From positions 933-64,932 of the forward strand of contig JAWKYB010000012.1 of the NCBI GenBank assembly GCA_041396705.1: a stretch of 64,000 nt of DNA. The letters run 5' to 3'. The stretch comes from Alphaproteobacteria bacterium (GTDB taxonomy: Bacteria; Pseudomonadota; Alphaproteobacteria; CALKHQ01). The notes below the pieces were generated by a model. It saw only the letters and a list, made by a program, of their open reading frames with translations. It did not search any database and was not told where the DNA came from. Position numbers and translations under genes: made by a program. Each line of letters opens with the position of its first letter. The first letter of the stretch is position 1. Below are positions 54,099 to 63,201 of the stretch, in pieces.

Positions 54099-55555
54099 AT
54101 GGTGGACATGACAACCTGCGGTACGACGCGCGTCAGCGTGCCGCTTCTCGCTTCGCTGGCGCTTTTCGGATCGGTCGCCGGCGCCCAGGCGCAGGCGATC
54201 GGGCCCGACTTCGCCGACATGGTCGAGCAGGTGCTGCCGGCCGTGGTGCATGTGGCGGTCGAATCGCGGCAGACCGGCGTGTGGAACCCGGGCGGCGGGA
54301 TGCCGGGCCAACCCGGGCCGTTCCGTTTCGGCCCGTTCGACCGGTTCGACGCGCCCGACGGCCCGGAATTCGACGACCGCGGCGGGCCGCGGGCGGTGAT
54401 GGCTCCGGCTCCGGCTTCATCATCGACGCCGAAGGCTACATCGTCACCAACAACCACGTGGTCGACGGAGCCGATTTCGTCGCCGTGACCCTGGCCGACG
54501 GTGCGGAATATGACGCGGCCATCGTCGGCACCGACCCGAGCACCGACCTGGCGCTGCTGAAGATCGAGGGCGACGGACCCTTCCCGACTGTGGCCTGGGG
54601 CGACAGCGATTCGCTGCGCATCGGCAACTGGGTGGTGGCCGTCGGCGGCCCGTTCGGCCTCAGCGGCACCGTCACCGCCGGCATCGTCTCGGCAACCGAC
54701 CGCGACCTGCATTCGGGTCCCTATGACGACTACATCCAGTTCGACGCGCCGATCAATCCGGGTAACTCCGGCGGCCCGGTGTTCGATGTCTCCGGCCACG
54801 TGATCGGCGTCAGCACCGCCATCGTCAGCCCCAGCCGGGGCAGCGTCGGCATTGGCTTCGCCGTGCCGGCGTCGATCGCCGAATCCGTCATCGATTCGCT
54901 GTTGAACGACGGCGTGGTCGAGCGCGGTTTCCTCGGCGTGCAGATCCAGGAAGTGACCGACGATCTCGCCATGGCGCTGGGCCTCGACGAACCCACCGGC
55001 GCGCTGGTCGCCGACGTGCGGGCCGGCACGCCGGCGGAACTGGCGGGCGTGCAGGTCGGCGACCTGATCACCGGCTTCGACGGGCATGCGGTCGAGCGGA
55101 TGCGCGACCTGCCCCGGCTGGTGGCGGCGACGGCGCCGGGCGCCACGGTGGACATGCAGGTGCTGCGCAACGGCGAGGCGATCGTGCTGCCGGTGACGGT
55201 CGGCACCCTCGATGCCGCCGGCCAGCAGGCGTCGGCCGAGCCGCCGGCGCAGGGCATGCTGCTCGGCCGGCTGGGCCTCGCCGTGGCGCCGGCCGAGGAC
55301 TATGGCTGGCGCGGCCAGGACGGCAAGGCGCGCGGCCTGGTGATCACCGAAGTCCGCCAGGATTCGGCGGCGGAAAAGGCCGACCTGCGCACCGGCGACG
55401 TGATCCTGGCCGTGGGTGGCCACGCCGTGGAAAGCGCAGAGGATCTGGCCACCGCGATCGGCGCGATCGCCGGCGAGGAGGGCCGGTCGGTCGCGCTGCT
55501 GATCGAGCGCGATGGCGACCGCCGCTTCGTCGCGCTGCCGGTCGACGCCTCCTGA
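54099..55555 (+). pseudogene. Do-family serine endoprotease (DegP/HtrA, trypsin domain + 2 PDZ), disrupted by a -1 frameshift near 54403
   Basis: Frame 0 carries the signal peptide and N-terminus up to ...PEFDDRGGPRAVM. From about 54405 the protein continues in frame 2 (GSGSGFIIDAEGYIVTNNHVV...GNSGGPVFD...). A single missing G in a G-run (atggctcc vs expected atgggctcc) would restore one 485-aa ORF. Confidence 0.75.
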
Positions 55556-55697
55556 CGGCGTGACCCATGCGGTGCCGGCGGGGCTGCATTGCCCGCCGGC
55601 GCCGGCCTCCCGCCCGGCGGCACAGGGCCGCGTCGGGCGGGTCAATCGAACCGAGACCGGCGTCGGCGCAGGCCGACGCCTAGCAGGGGATGCTGCC

Positions 55698-56378
55698 ATG
55701 CGCATGCTGGTGATCGAGGACGACAAGGAGACCGCAGCCCATCTGGTCAAGGGCATGAGCGAATGCGGCTACGTGGTCGACCGTGCCAGCACCGGCCAAG
55801 AGGGGCTGACCATGGCCCTGTCGCGGCGCTACGACGCGATGATCGTCGACCGCATGCTGCCGGGCCTCGACGGCCTGTCGATCATCTCCAAGATCCGCGA
55901 GGAGGGACGGACCACCCCGGTCCTGATCCTCAGCGCGCTCGACAAGGTCGACGAGCGGGTGACCGGGCTGCGCGCCGGCGGCGACGACTATCTGACCAAG
56001 CCCTATGCCTTTTCCGAGCTGCTGGCCCGGGTGGAATCGCTGATCCGCCGGTCTGAGCAGGCCGGCGCCGAGGCGACCAACCTGACCGTCGGCGACCTGG
56101 AAATGGACCTGCTGGCGCGGACCGTGAAGCGATCCGGCCAGACCATTCATTTACAGCCGCGCGAATTCCAGCTTCTGGAGTATCTTATGCGCCATGCCGG
56201 ACAGGTCGTGACGCGCACGATGCTGCTCGAGGGTGTTTGGAACTACCACTTCGATCCGCAGACGAATGTCATCGACGTCCACATCAGCCGACTACGCCAG
56301 AAGGTCGACAAGGGATTCGACACGCCCATCCTCCACACCGTCCGCGGCGCCGGCTACAGGCTCAGCATCCAGGGTTAG
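55698..56378 (+). CDS. OmpR-family two-component response regulator
   Basis: 226 aa. Receiver (MRMLVIEDDKETAAHL...DAMIVDRMLPGLDG) plus winged-helix (TVRGAGYRL). Confidence 0.9.
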   Translation: MRMLVIEDDKETAAHLVKGMSECGYVVDRASTGQEGLTMALSRRYDAMIVDRMLPGLDGLSIISKIREEGRTTPVLILSALDKVDERVTGLRAGGDDYLTKPYAFSELLARVESLIRRSEQAGAEATNLTVGDLEMDLLARTVKRSGQTIHLQPREFQLLEYLMRHAGQVVTRTMLLEGVWNYHFDPQTNVIDVHISRLRQKVDKGFDTPILHTVRGAGYRLSIQG

Positions 56379-57810
56379 GCTGTTCCGGACCACCGCCTTC
56401 CGCCTGGCGCTGGTCTACATCACGGTCTTCGGCACGTCGGCCCTGATTCTGGTCGGGCTGGTCTACTGGATCACGTTCAATTTCGTCGAGCGGCAGACGG
56501 TCGACACCCTGATCGCCGAGATCGAGGGGCTGGTCGAACACCCGAGCCTGGCCAACATCGACGAGTTCACCGACCTGATCGGCCGCCGCAGCGCGCCGGA
56601 AATCAGGGGCGACCGCATCTATGTGCTGACCAACCCCGACTACACCGTGCGCGCCGGCAACCTGGATGCCTGGCCGAGCGTGCCGGAGGACGTCGACGGG
56701 CTGGTCCGGTTCACCATCCTGCGCATCGAGGACGGCAAGGAGGTGATCCACCCGGTCGAGGCGATGACCGTGCTGCTGCCCGGACGCTATCGCCTGCTGG
56801 TCGGCCGCGACATGAACGAGCGCGTCGCGGTGCAGACCATGCTGCAGGAGTCCTTCGGCTGGCTGCTGATCGTGACGCTGAGCCTGGGCCTGGCCGGCGG
56901 CGTCTTCGTCAGCCGCCGCATGCTGGGCCGGGTCGAGGCGATCAACCGTACCACCGAGCGGATCATGCAGGGCGACCTGCACGAACGCATCGCGCTGAAG
57001 GGCGCCGACGACGAGTTCGACGAGCTGTCGTCCAATCTCAATGCCATGCTCGACCAGATCGAGCGGCTGATGGCCGGCATGCGCGACGTGACCGACAACA
57101 TCGCCCACGACCTGCGCAGCCCGCTGACGCGGATCAAGGCGCGGCTGGAACAGGTGCTGACGCGCGAGCGCACGCTGGAGGAATACAAGTCGGCGATCGA
57201 CCAGGCGATCCTCGACGCCGACCGCCTGCTGGGCGTCTTCTCCGCCCTGCTCAGCATCGCCACGGTCGAGACCGGGGCCTTGCAGTCGGAGCTGAAGCCG
57301 GTCGACCTCAACGACCTGGTGCAGGAGGTGGCCGAGCTCTACGAACCCGCGGTCGAGGATGCCGGCATGATGATGATCGCCCGCAGCCGGCCGGGCGCGA
57401 TCATCAAGGGCCACCGCCAGCTGCTGATGCAGGCGATGGCCAACCTGATCGACAACGCGATCAAATATGCCGGCGGCAGCCAGCGGGTCGACCTGGTGGT
57501 CTCGCAGCACGGCCACGAAGTTGACTTCTTTGTCGGCGACAACGGCCCCGGGATACCCGAGGACAAGCGCGAATATGTGCTGCAGCGTTCGGCCAGGCTG
57601 GACCCGGCGCGCTCGACCGTCGGCAACGGGCTCGGCCTGGCTATGGTCGCGGCCGTTGCCAAGCTGCACGGCGCCGCCCTGACCCTGGAGGACAACGAGC
57701 CCGGACTCCGGGTCCGGATGTCGTTCCGCCGCATGGAGAGCGACGGGCAGCGCGAGCCGCGCACGCACAAGGATCGTGGCAAACCCGATGAATTGGCCTA
57801 TGCCTCCTGA
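56233..57810 (+). CDS. HAMP-domain sensor histidine kinase
   Basis: Two TM helices and HAMP. HisKA (IAHDLRSPLTRI). HATPase_c (DNGPGIPED...GNGLGLAMV). Start uncertain: the only ATG/GTG/TTG codons upstream of TM1 (56233, 56266) overlap the regulator gene by more than 100 nt. Confidence 0.75.
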   Translation: MFGTTTSIRRRMSSTSTSADYARRSTRDSTRPSSTPSAAPATGSASRVRLFRTTAFRLALVYITVFGTSALILVGLVYWITFNFVERQTVDTLIAEIEGLVEHPSLANIDEFTDLIGRRSAPEIRGDRIYVLTNPDYTVRAGNLDAWPSVPEDVDGLVRFTILRIEDGKEVIHPVEAMTVLLPGRYRLLVGRDMNERVAVQTMLQESFGWLLIVTLSLGLAGGVFVSRRMLGRVEAINRTTERIMQGDLHERIALKGADDEFDELSSNLNAMLDQIERLMAGMRDVTDNIAHDLRSPLTRIKARLEQVLTRERTLEEYKSAIDQAILDADRLLGVFSALLSIATVETGALQSELKPVDLNDLVQEVAELYEPAVEDAGMMMIARSRPGAIIKGHRQLLMQAMANLIDNAIKYAGGSQRVDLVVSQHGHEVDFFVGDNGPGIPEDKREYVLQRSARLDPARSTVGNGLGLAMVAAVAKLHGAALTLEDNEPGLRVRMSFRRMESDGQREPRTHKDRGKPDELAYAS

Positions 57811-57811
57811 C

Positions 57812-59599
57812 ATGGCGTATCGCAGATTCGTTCGCAGCGCGGCCGACGCGGGCCGGCGCGCCGGTGCCGGGCTCGCTCTGGGCCTGGCGCTGGGCCTGGT
57901 CGCCGCCGGGGCCCATGCCGACGAGGCGGAGCGGCTGCAGCGCGCGCAGCAGATCCTCTCCGGCCTCGGCTACTACTCCGGCGCGGTCGACGGCCTTGCC
58001 GGGCCGGCGACCCGCAACGCGGTGCAGCGCTTCCAGGACGAGAACGGCATCACCCCCACCGGCCAGATCGACGACTACACCTGGGGGGTGCTGCAGTCGC
58101 GCGCCAGCGGCGTCACCGCCAGCTCCAGCAGTGCCGGGACAACTTCGAGCGACCTGGCGGAGGCGCAGCGCATCCTCGCCTCGCTCGGCTACGACCCCGG
58201 ACCGGACGACGGTGCCATGGGATCGCGCACGCAGAATGCGCTGCAGGCGTTCCAGCGTGCCGCCGGCATCGTCGCCAACGGCCAGCTCAACCCGGAGACG
58301 CTGAGCGCGCTGCGCAGCCGCGCCGGCGGCGGGGGCGAGGACGGCGCCGCCGGGGGCGACCCCGACGTGCGCGAGGCCCAGCTGCTGCTGACCGCGCTGG
58401 GCTATGGCGACCTCGACGCCGACGGCGAGATGGGGCCGGCGACGTCGTCGGCCATCGCTGCGTTCCAGCGTGCCGAGGGGCTGAACCGCAACGGCCGGCT
58501 GACGCCGGCGACGCTTGAGCGGCTGCGCCTGCGCGCGCCGCACGAGCAGACCCAGACCGACCCGATGGTCGCCGACGCCCAGGAATGGCTGAAGCTGCTC
58601 GGCTACGAGGTCAATACCGCCGACGGCGTGATGGGGCCGGAGACGGTGCGCGCCGTCAGCCGGTTCCAGGCCGACGAGAACCTGCGCCGTACCGGCACAA
58701 TCACGCCGGAGACGTTCGAGCGGCTGCGGGCGCGGGCGCGCGATGTGACCGACATCCCGCGCGAGAACCCGTTCATCGCCGAGGCGCAGCGCCTGCTCGC
58801 CGACGCCGGCTTCGATCCGGGCCCGGCCGACGGCATGAGCGGCAGCAAGACCGAGGAGGCGATGCGCCAGTTCCAGGCGGCCAACGGCCTGCGGGTGACC
58901 GGCACGCTGACCCTGGAGACCCTGAACGCGCTGCGCGGCGAGGACAACGCGGCCACCCAGATCATGGACTTCTGGAGCCTGCAGCGCGCCCAGCAGCTGC
59001 TGCGCGAGCTGGGCTACCTGTCGGCGGCGGCCGACGGCGTGCTCGGCCCGGCGACGGCGACGGCGATTGCGCGCTACCAGGCCGCCAACGGGCTGGTCAC
59101 CAGCGGCACGCTGACCGTGGAGACATACAACCTGCTGGAGGACCAGCGCGCCGCCCACCGCAGCACGGTGCAGAACGTGGCGATGGAGGCGTGGGACCAT
59201 CAGTTCGCCGATTTCCCGGCCGACGCACTGTTCGAAGGCGCCTTCGCGGCGCTCGACCCCGCCAGCCATCCGATGCTGGCCGAGGCCGATCCGCTGGACC
59301 TCGAGGCCCAGTACGAGACCCAGCCCAACTTCGCCGGCCACTATGTGGTGCTGCAGGTCAATCTGTTGAGCGGCGTGGCGCCGCTGGCGGTGGTGATCGA
59401 CTGCACGACCGGCGCGGCCGTCGCCTCGGTGTCGTCGACCTACGGCGTCGAGTTCCGGCCGGACAGCCGGTTGCTGGTGGCCGACCCGATCGACACGCCC
59501 GACGTGGTGCAGGAGGTCGAGCGCGGCCTCAGGGTGGCGCCAAGCTACTATGTGCTGGACGACGACGGCCGGCTCAGCGAGCTGCGCGAAGGCGGTTGA
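57812..59599 (+). CDS. secreted protein with about seven tandem putative peptidoglycan-binding (PG_binding_1) repeats and a distinct C-terminal domain
   Basis: Signal peptide. Repeated LxxLGYxxGxxDGxxGxxTxxAxxxFQxxxGLxxxGxLxxET units. C-terminal about 170 aa are non-repetitive. Confidence 0.75.
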   Translation: MAYRRFVRSAADAGRRAGAGLALGLALGLVAAGAHADEAERLQRAQQILSGLGYYSGAVDGLAGPATRNAVQRFQDENGITPTGQIDDYTWGVLQSRASGVTASSSSAGTTSSDLAEAQRILASLGYDPGPDDGAMGSRTQNALQAFQRAAGIVANGQLNPETLSALRSRAGGGGEDGAAGGDPDVREAQLLLTALGYGDLDADGEMGPATSSAIAAFQRAEGLNRNGRLTPATLERLRLRAPHEQTQTDPMVADAQEWLKLLGYEVNTADGVMGPETVRAVSRFQADENLRRTGTITPETFERLRARARDVTDIPRENPFIAEAQRLLADAGFDPGPADGMSGSKTEEAMRQFQAANGLRVTGTLTLETLNALRGEDNAATQIMDFWSLQRAQQLLRELGYLSAAADGVLGPATATAIARYQAANGLVTSGTLTVETYNLLEDQRAAHRSTVQNVAMEAWDHQFADFPADALFEGAFAALDPASHPMLAEADPLDLEAQYETQPNFAGHYVVLQVNLLSGVAPLAVVIDCTTGAAVASVSSTYGVEFRPDSRLLVADPIDTPDVVQEVERGLRVAPSYYVLDDDGRLSELREGG

Positions 59600-59615
59600 G
59601 GCTTCGGCTCGCGGT

Positions 59616-60239
59616 TCAGCCGAACGCCCAGTTGGCGAAGGCGATCAGTTCGTTGATCGCGAAGGTCCAGATCCAGACCAGGAAGACGATCCCGCCGATG
59701 CCGATCAGCCAGCCGAGCACGGCGAAGCGCCCGTCCTTCTCCAGCAGGCCGATGCCGAGCGCGGCCAGGCCATAGGCCGGCAGCAGGTTCGAGAACGGCA
59801 GCGGGGCGGCCAGCACCACCGCGAACACCATCGCGAAACAGCCGAAGAACACCTCGAACCGGCGCGACAGCACGCCTTCCATCGACGGCCGCGCCAGCCG
59901 CTCGACGCCGCGCAGCAGCGGCAGCACCTTGCCGATCGCCTTGTTGAACTTGGCGCGGCTGAACGCCTTGCGGCCGATCGAGCGCGGCAGGGTCGGGCGG
60001 TCGCGGCCCAGCGTCCACTGCAGCGCCAGGATGAACATCGGCACGCCGAACAGGGTGGACACGCCCGGGATCATCGGGATCGGCGGCAGGTTCGGGATCG
60101 CCAGCAGGATGAACAGCAGGCCGAACCCGCGATGGTGCAGGGCGGCCAGGATCTCGTCGATCGTGATGGTCTCGGGCTCTTGGTGCGCCACGACACCCTT
60201 CAGCACGGTCGAGGCGCTCTCGCTATGCTCGGTCGTCAC
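59616..60239 (-). CDS. exopolysaccharide synthesis protein ExoD family
   Basis: 207 aa membrane protein. ExoD-like pattern (GFGLLFILLAIPNLPPIP...). Confidence 0.8.
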   Translation of the reverse strand: MTTEHSESASTVLKGVVAHQEPETITIDEILAALHHRGFGLLFILLAIPNLPPIPMIPGVSTLFGVPMFILALQWTLGRDRPTLPRSIGRKAFSRAKFNKAIGKVLPLLRGVERLARPSMEGVLSRRFEVFFGCFAMVFAVVLAAPLPFSNLLPAYGLAALGIGLLEKDGRFAVLGWLIGIGGIVFLVWIWTFAINELIAFANWAFG

Positions 60240-60346
60240 GTCCTGCGGCCCGATCCCTGTCCTGCTGCCATGACCTGGCTGGATGAACTGCCGTTTAGGC
60301 TAGAGTTGTGGCACGGGCGGGGCAAGCGGTTCGCCGGGCCGTGCCG

Positions 60347-61327
60347 CTAAGATAGGTTGTGGTACGACCGGTACCAATCGATGAAGCGCGGGATGCCCTC
60401 GTCGATCGTGACCTTGGGGGCGAAGCCGAGGTCGGCCCGGCTCTCGGCGATATCGGCGAAGGTTTCGCGCACGTCGCCCTGCTGCATCGGTTCCATCCGC
60501 AGCTCGGCCTTGCGGCCGAGGCAGCGCTCGATCACCCCGATGAAATCGAGCAGCGCCTCGGCCCGGTGGTTGCCCAGGTTGTAGATCCGGTTGGCGAGCC
60601 CGTCCGAATCGGGCGGCAGCGGCCGCGTCAGCGCGCCGCAGATGCCGGCGACGATGTCGTCGACATAGGTGAAGTCGCGGCGCATGTCGCCGTTGTTGAA
60701 CACCGGGATCGGCCGGCCTTGCAGGATCGCCTCGGTGAACAGCCACGTCGCCATGTCCGGCCGGCCCCACGGACCGTAGACGGTGAAGAAGCGCAGGCCG
60801 ACGCAGGCGATGCCGAAGCTGTCGGCGTAGACCCGGGCGAGGTGCTCGCCACCCAGCTTGGTCGCCGCGTAGATCGACACCGGCTTGTCGGTGCACTGGC
60901 GCACGCTGAACGGGATGTCCTTCAGCGCACCGTAGACCGACGACGTGGAGGCGTAGACGAAGCGCTCCAGCCGCGGCAGCCGCCGCGCCGCTTCCAGCAG
61001 TACCAGCTGGCCCATGACGTTGCTGGCGACATAGGCGTAGGGGTCGACCAGCGAATGGCGCACGCCCGCCTGCGCGGCCAGGTGCAGAATGTGGCTGGCG
61101 TCGCCGTGCGGCTGCAGCGCCGCCTCGATCGCCGCACGGTCGGCGATGTCGGCCTCGACGAAGCTGAATCCCGGCCCTTCGAGCCGCGCCAGCCGGTCGC
61201 GCTTCAGCTTCACGCTGTAATACGGATTGAGGTTGTCGATGCCGACGACCGCATGGCCCTGGTCGAGCAGCGCCCGTGCCGCGTTCATGCCGACGAAGCC
61301 GGCTGCGCCGGTGACCACGATCTTCAA
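60347..61327 (-). CDS. NAD-dependent epimerase/dehydratase (UDP-glucuronate / UDP-GlcNAcA 4-epimerase-like SDR)
   Basis: GAAGFVG Rossmann motif, YxxxK (YAATKLGGE). TviC/Cap1J/LpsL-like. Confidence 0.9.
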   Translation of the reverse strand: MKIVVTGAAGFVGMNAARALLDQGHAVVGIDNLNPYYSVKLKRDRLARLEGPGFSFVEADIADRAAIEAALQPHGDASHILHLAAQAGVRHSLVDPYAYVASNVMGQLVLLEAARRLPRLERFVYASTSSVYGALKDIPFSVRQCTDKPVSIYAATKLGGEHLARVYADSFGIACVGLRFFTVYGPWGRPDMATWLFTEAILQGRPIPVFNNGDMRRDFTYVDDIVAGICGALTRPLPPDSDGLANRIYNLGNHRAEALLDFIGVIERCLGRKAELRMEPMQQGDVRETFADIAESRADLGFAPKVTIDEGIPRFIDWYRSYHNLS

Positions 61328-61440
61328 GCGCCGCCCCTTTCCGTCGACAATTCGCTGGAACAGGCGGGCCGATTACCATATCGAACGCTCACCGCAAATC
61401 CTGCCTCCGCGCCGGACATAACCATCGACCGCCGGGAAAG

Positions 61441-62733
61441 ATGCATCCTTCCGACGAAATCATCGCCGTGATCGGGCTCGGCTATGTCGGCCTGCCGTTG
61501 GCGCACGCCTTCGGCGGCGCGTTCGCCAACGTCATCGGCTACGACATCGCGCCATCCCGAATCGACGAGCTGAACAGAGGATATGACAGGACCGGCGAAG
61601 TCGGGGCAGAGGCGCTGCGCGCCTCCACCGTGCGCTTCACCCAAGATGCCGCCGCGCTGGCCGAGGCGACCGCCTTTGTGGTGACGGTGCCGACCCCGAT
61701 CGACGACAGCCGCCGTCCCGACCTGCGGCCGATCCTGTCTGCCTGCGACGCGGTCGGCAAGGCGATGCGGCCGGGCGCGGTGGTGGCGTTCGAATCGACC
61801 GTCTATCCGGGGTTGACCGAGACCGTGTGCGTGCCGCGGCTGGAGCAGGCCTCCGGCATGCGCTGGCGCAGCGACTTCGCCGTCGGCTATTCGCCGGAGC
61901 GGATCAATCCCGGCGACCGCGAGCACACCGTCACGCGGATCGTGAAGGTGGTGGCGGGCGACAGTCCGCAGACGCTGGACCGGCTATGCGCGATCTACGG
62001 GCCCGCGATCCCCGCCGGGCTGCACCGGGCGCCGTCGATCGCGGTCGCCGAGGCCGCCAAGGTGATCGAGAACACCCAGCGCGACCTGAACATCGCGCTG
62101 ATGAACGAGCTGGCGATGATCTGCGACCGGCTTGGCCTGCGCACCGCCGACGTGCTGGCCGCCGCCCGCACCAAGTGGAACTTCCTGCCGTTCACCCCCG
62201 GCCTGGTCGGCGGCCACTGCATCGGCGTCGACCCCTATTACCTGACTGCGCGGGCGGAGCAGGTCGGCTACCAGCCGCACGTCATCCTGTCCGGCCGCCG
62301 GGTCAACGACGGCATGGGCGCCTATGTCGCCGACCGGGTGCTGCAGCTGGTGTTGCAGACCTGCGGCTACGGCCGCGCGCCCCGTGTCGGCGTGCTCGGC
62401 GTCACCTTCAAGGAGAACGTGTCCGACATCCGCAACAGCCGGGTGCCGGATATCGTCGCCCGGCTTCGGGCCTATGGTGCCGAGTGTCTGGTCCACGACC
62501 CGCACGCCGATGCGGCGGAGACCGCGGCAGAATACGGCATCGCGCTGACGCCGGACCTCGCCGACCTGCACGGGCTCGATGCGCTGGTCCTGGCCGTCGC
62601 CCATCGCGAATATCTCGCGCTGGGTGCCGGACGGCTGGGCGCGATCCTCGGCGGACGCGGCGTGCTGGTCGACATCAAGTCGGCGCTGGAACCGGACGCG
62701 GTCGGCGACGGCGTCGCCTACTGGAGCCTGTGA
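61441..62733 (+). CDS. nucleotide-sugar dehydrogenase (UDP-glucose/GDP-mannose dehydrogenase family; TviB/WbpA-like)
   Basis: N-terminal NAD-binding (IAVIGLGYVGLP). Catalytic Cys (GGHCIGVDPYYL). C-terminal UDP-binding domain. Confidence 0.9.
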   Translation: MHPSDEIIAVIGLGYVGLPLAHAFGGAFANVIGYDIAPSRIDELNRGYDRTGEVGAEALRASTVRFTQDAAALAEATAFVVTVPTPIDDSRRPDLRPILSACDAVGKAMRPGAVVAFESTVYPGLTETVCVPRLEQASGMRWRSDFAVGYSPERINPGDREHTVTRIVKVVAGDSPQTLDRLCAIYGPAIPAGLHRAPSIAVAEAAKVIENTQRDLNIALMNELAMICDRLGLRTADVLAAARTKWNFLPFTPGLVGGHCIGVDPYYLTARAEQVGYQPHVILSGRRVNDGMGAYVADRVLQLVLQTCGYGRAPRVGVLGVTFKENVSDIRNSRVPDIVARLRAYGAECLVHDPHADAAETAAEYGIALTPDLADLHGLDALVLAVAHREYLALGAGRLGAILGGRGVLVDIKSALEPDAVGDGVAYWSL

Positions 62734-62748
62734 CGCCGCACAGCGGCG

Positions 62749-62982
62749 CTACGCCGGCGGCTGCGCCGGCGGACTTGCGTCGGCGGCCAGCCCGCGGCCG
62801 ATCAGGGCGCGGATCGCGGCGGCACGGGTCGGCATCCGGTTGGCAAAGCGCCAGTCGTCGATCAGGCCGAGTTCGGCCTCGCTCAACATCAGCTGGAACT
62901 TGACCGTCCGCACCTCGCGGGTCGCGTCTGCCATGCCTCGCCGCTCCGCCGGCCATTTTTCCATCAGTGACGTCAGTTCCAT
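62749..62982 (-). CDS. small hypothetical protein, possibly ribbon-helix-helix (CopG/Arc-like)
   Basis: VKFQLMLSEAELGLIDDWRFANRMPTRAAAIRALI fits the RHH beta-strand + helix pattern. Short and weakly supported. Confidence 0.3.
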   Translation of the reverse strand: MELTSLMEKWPAERRGMADATREVRTVKFQLMLSEAELGLIDDWRFANRMPTRAAAIRALIGRGLAADASPPAQPPA

Positions 62983-63039
62983 ATCCTATGCCACCGGTGC
63001 CGCATCCGCCAGTCGCGGAGCTGGCGCAGGTCGCTCATG

Positions 63040-63120
63040 ATATGGAACAGGACAATGAAGAACAGGTTGAGGTTCATAGTGTAGTGGTGCTGGTGCGTTA
63101 TAATGATGAACAGGTCCATC
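63040..63120 (+). promoter_or_regulatory. AT-rich putative promoter region upstream of the ECF sigma factor gene
   Basis: Local AT-rich island in 70% GC DNA. Perfect TATAAT at about 63099-63104. Three GAACAGG direct repeats (about 63045, 63060, 63108). GGAGGA RBS at 63192. Confidence 0.35.
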
Positions 63121-63201
63121 TGACCGACGCGAGTTTGATTGATTACGACATCGCGAAGAATCATCATTGCTTCATCAAGTTTTCAATACTTGGAGGAAGC
63201 G

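Noticed and set aside
57776-57811. Upstream extension of the PG-binding-repeat gene (MANPMNWPMPPD...)
   Set aside because: It would overlap the kinase gene's 3' end by 35 nt and precedes the obvious signal peptide. The Met at 57812, right after the kinase stop, is preferred.
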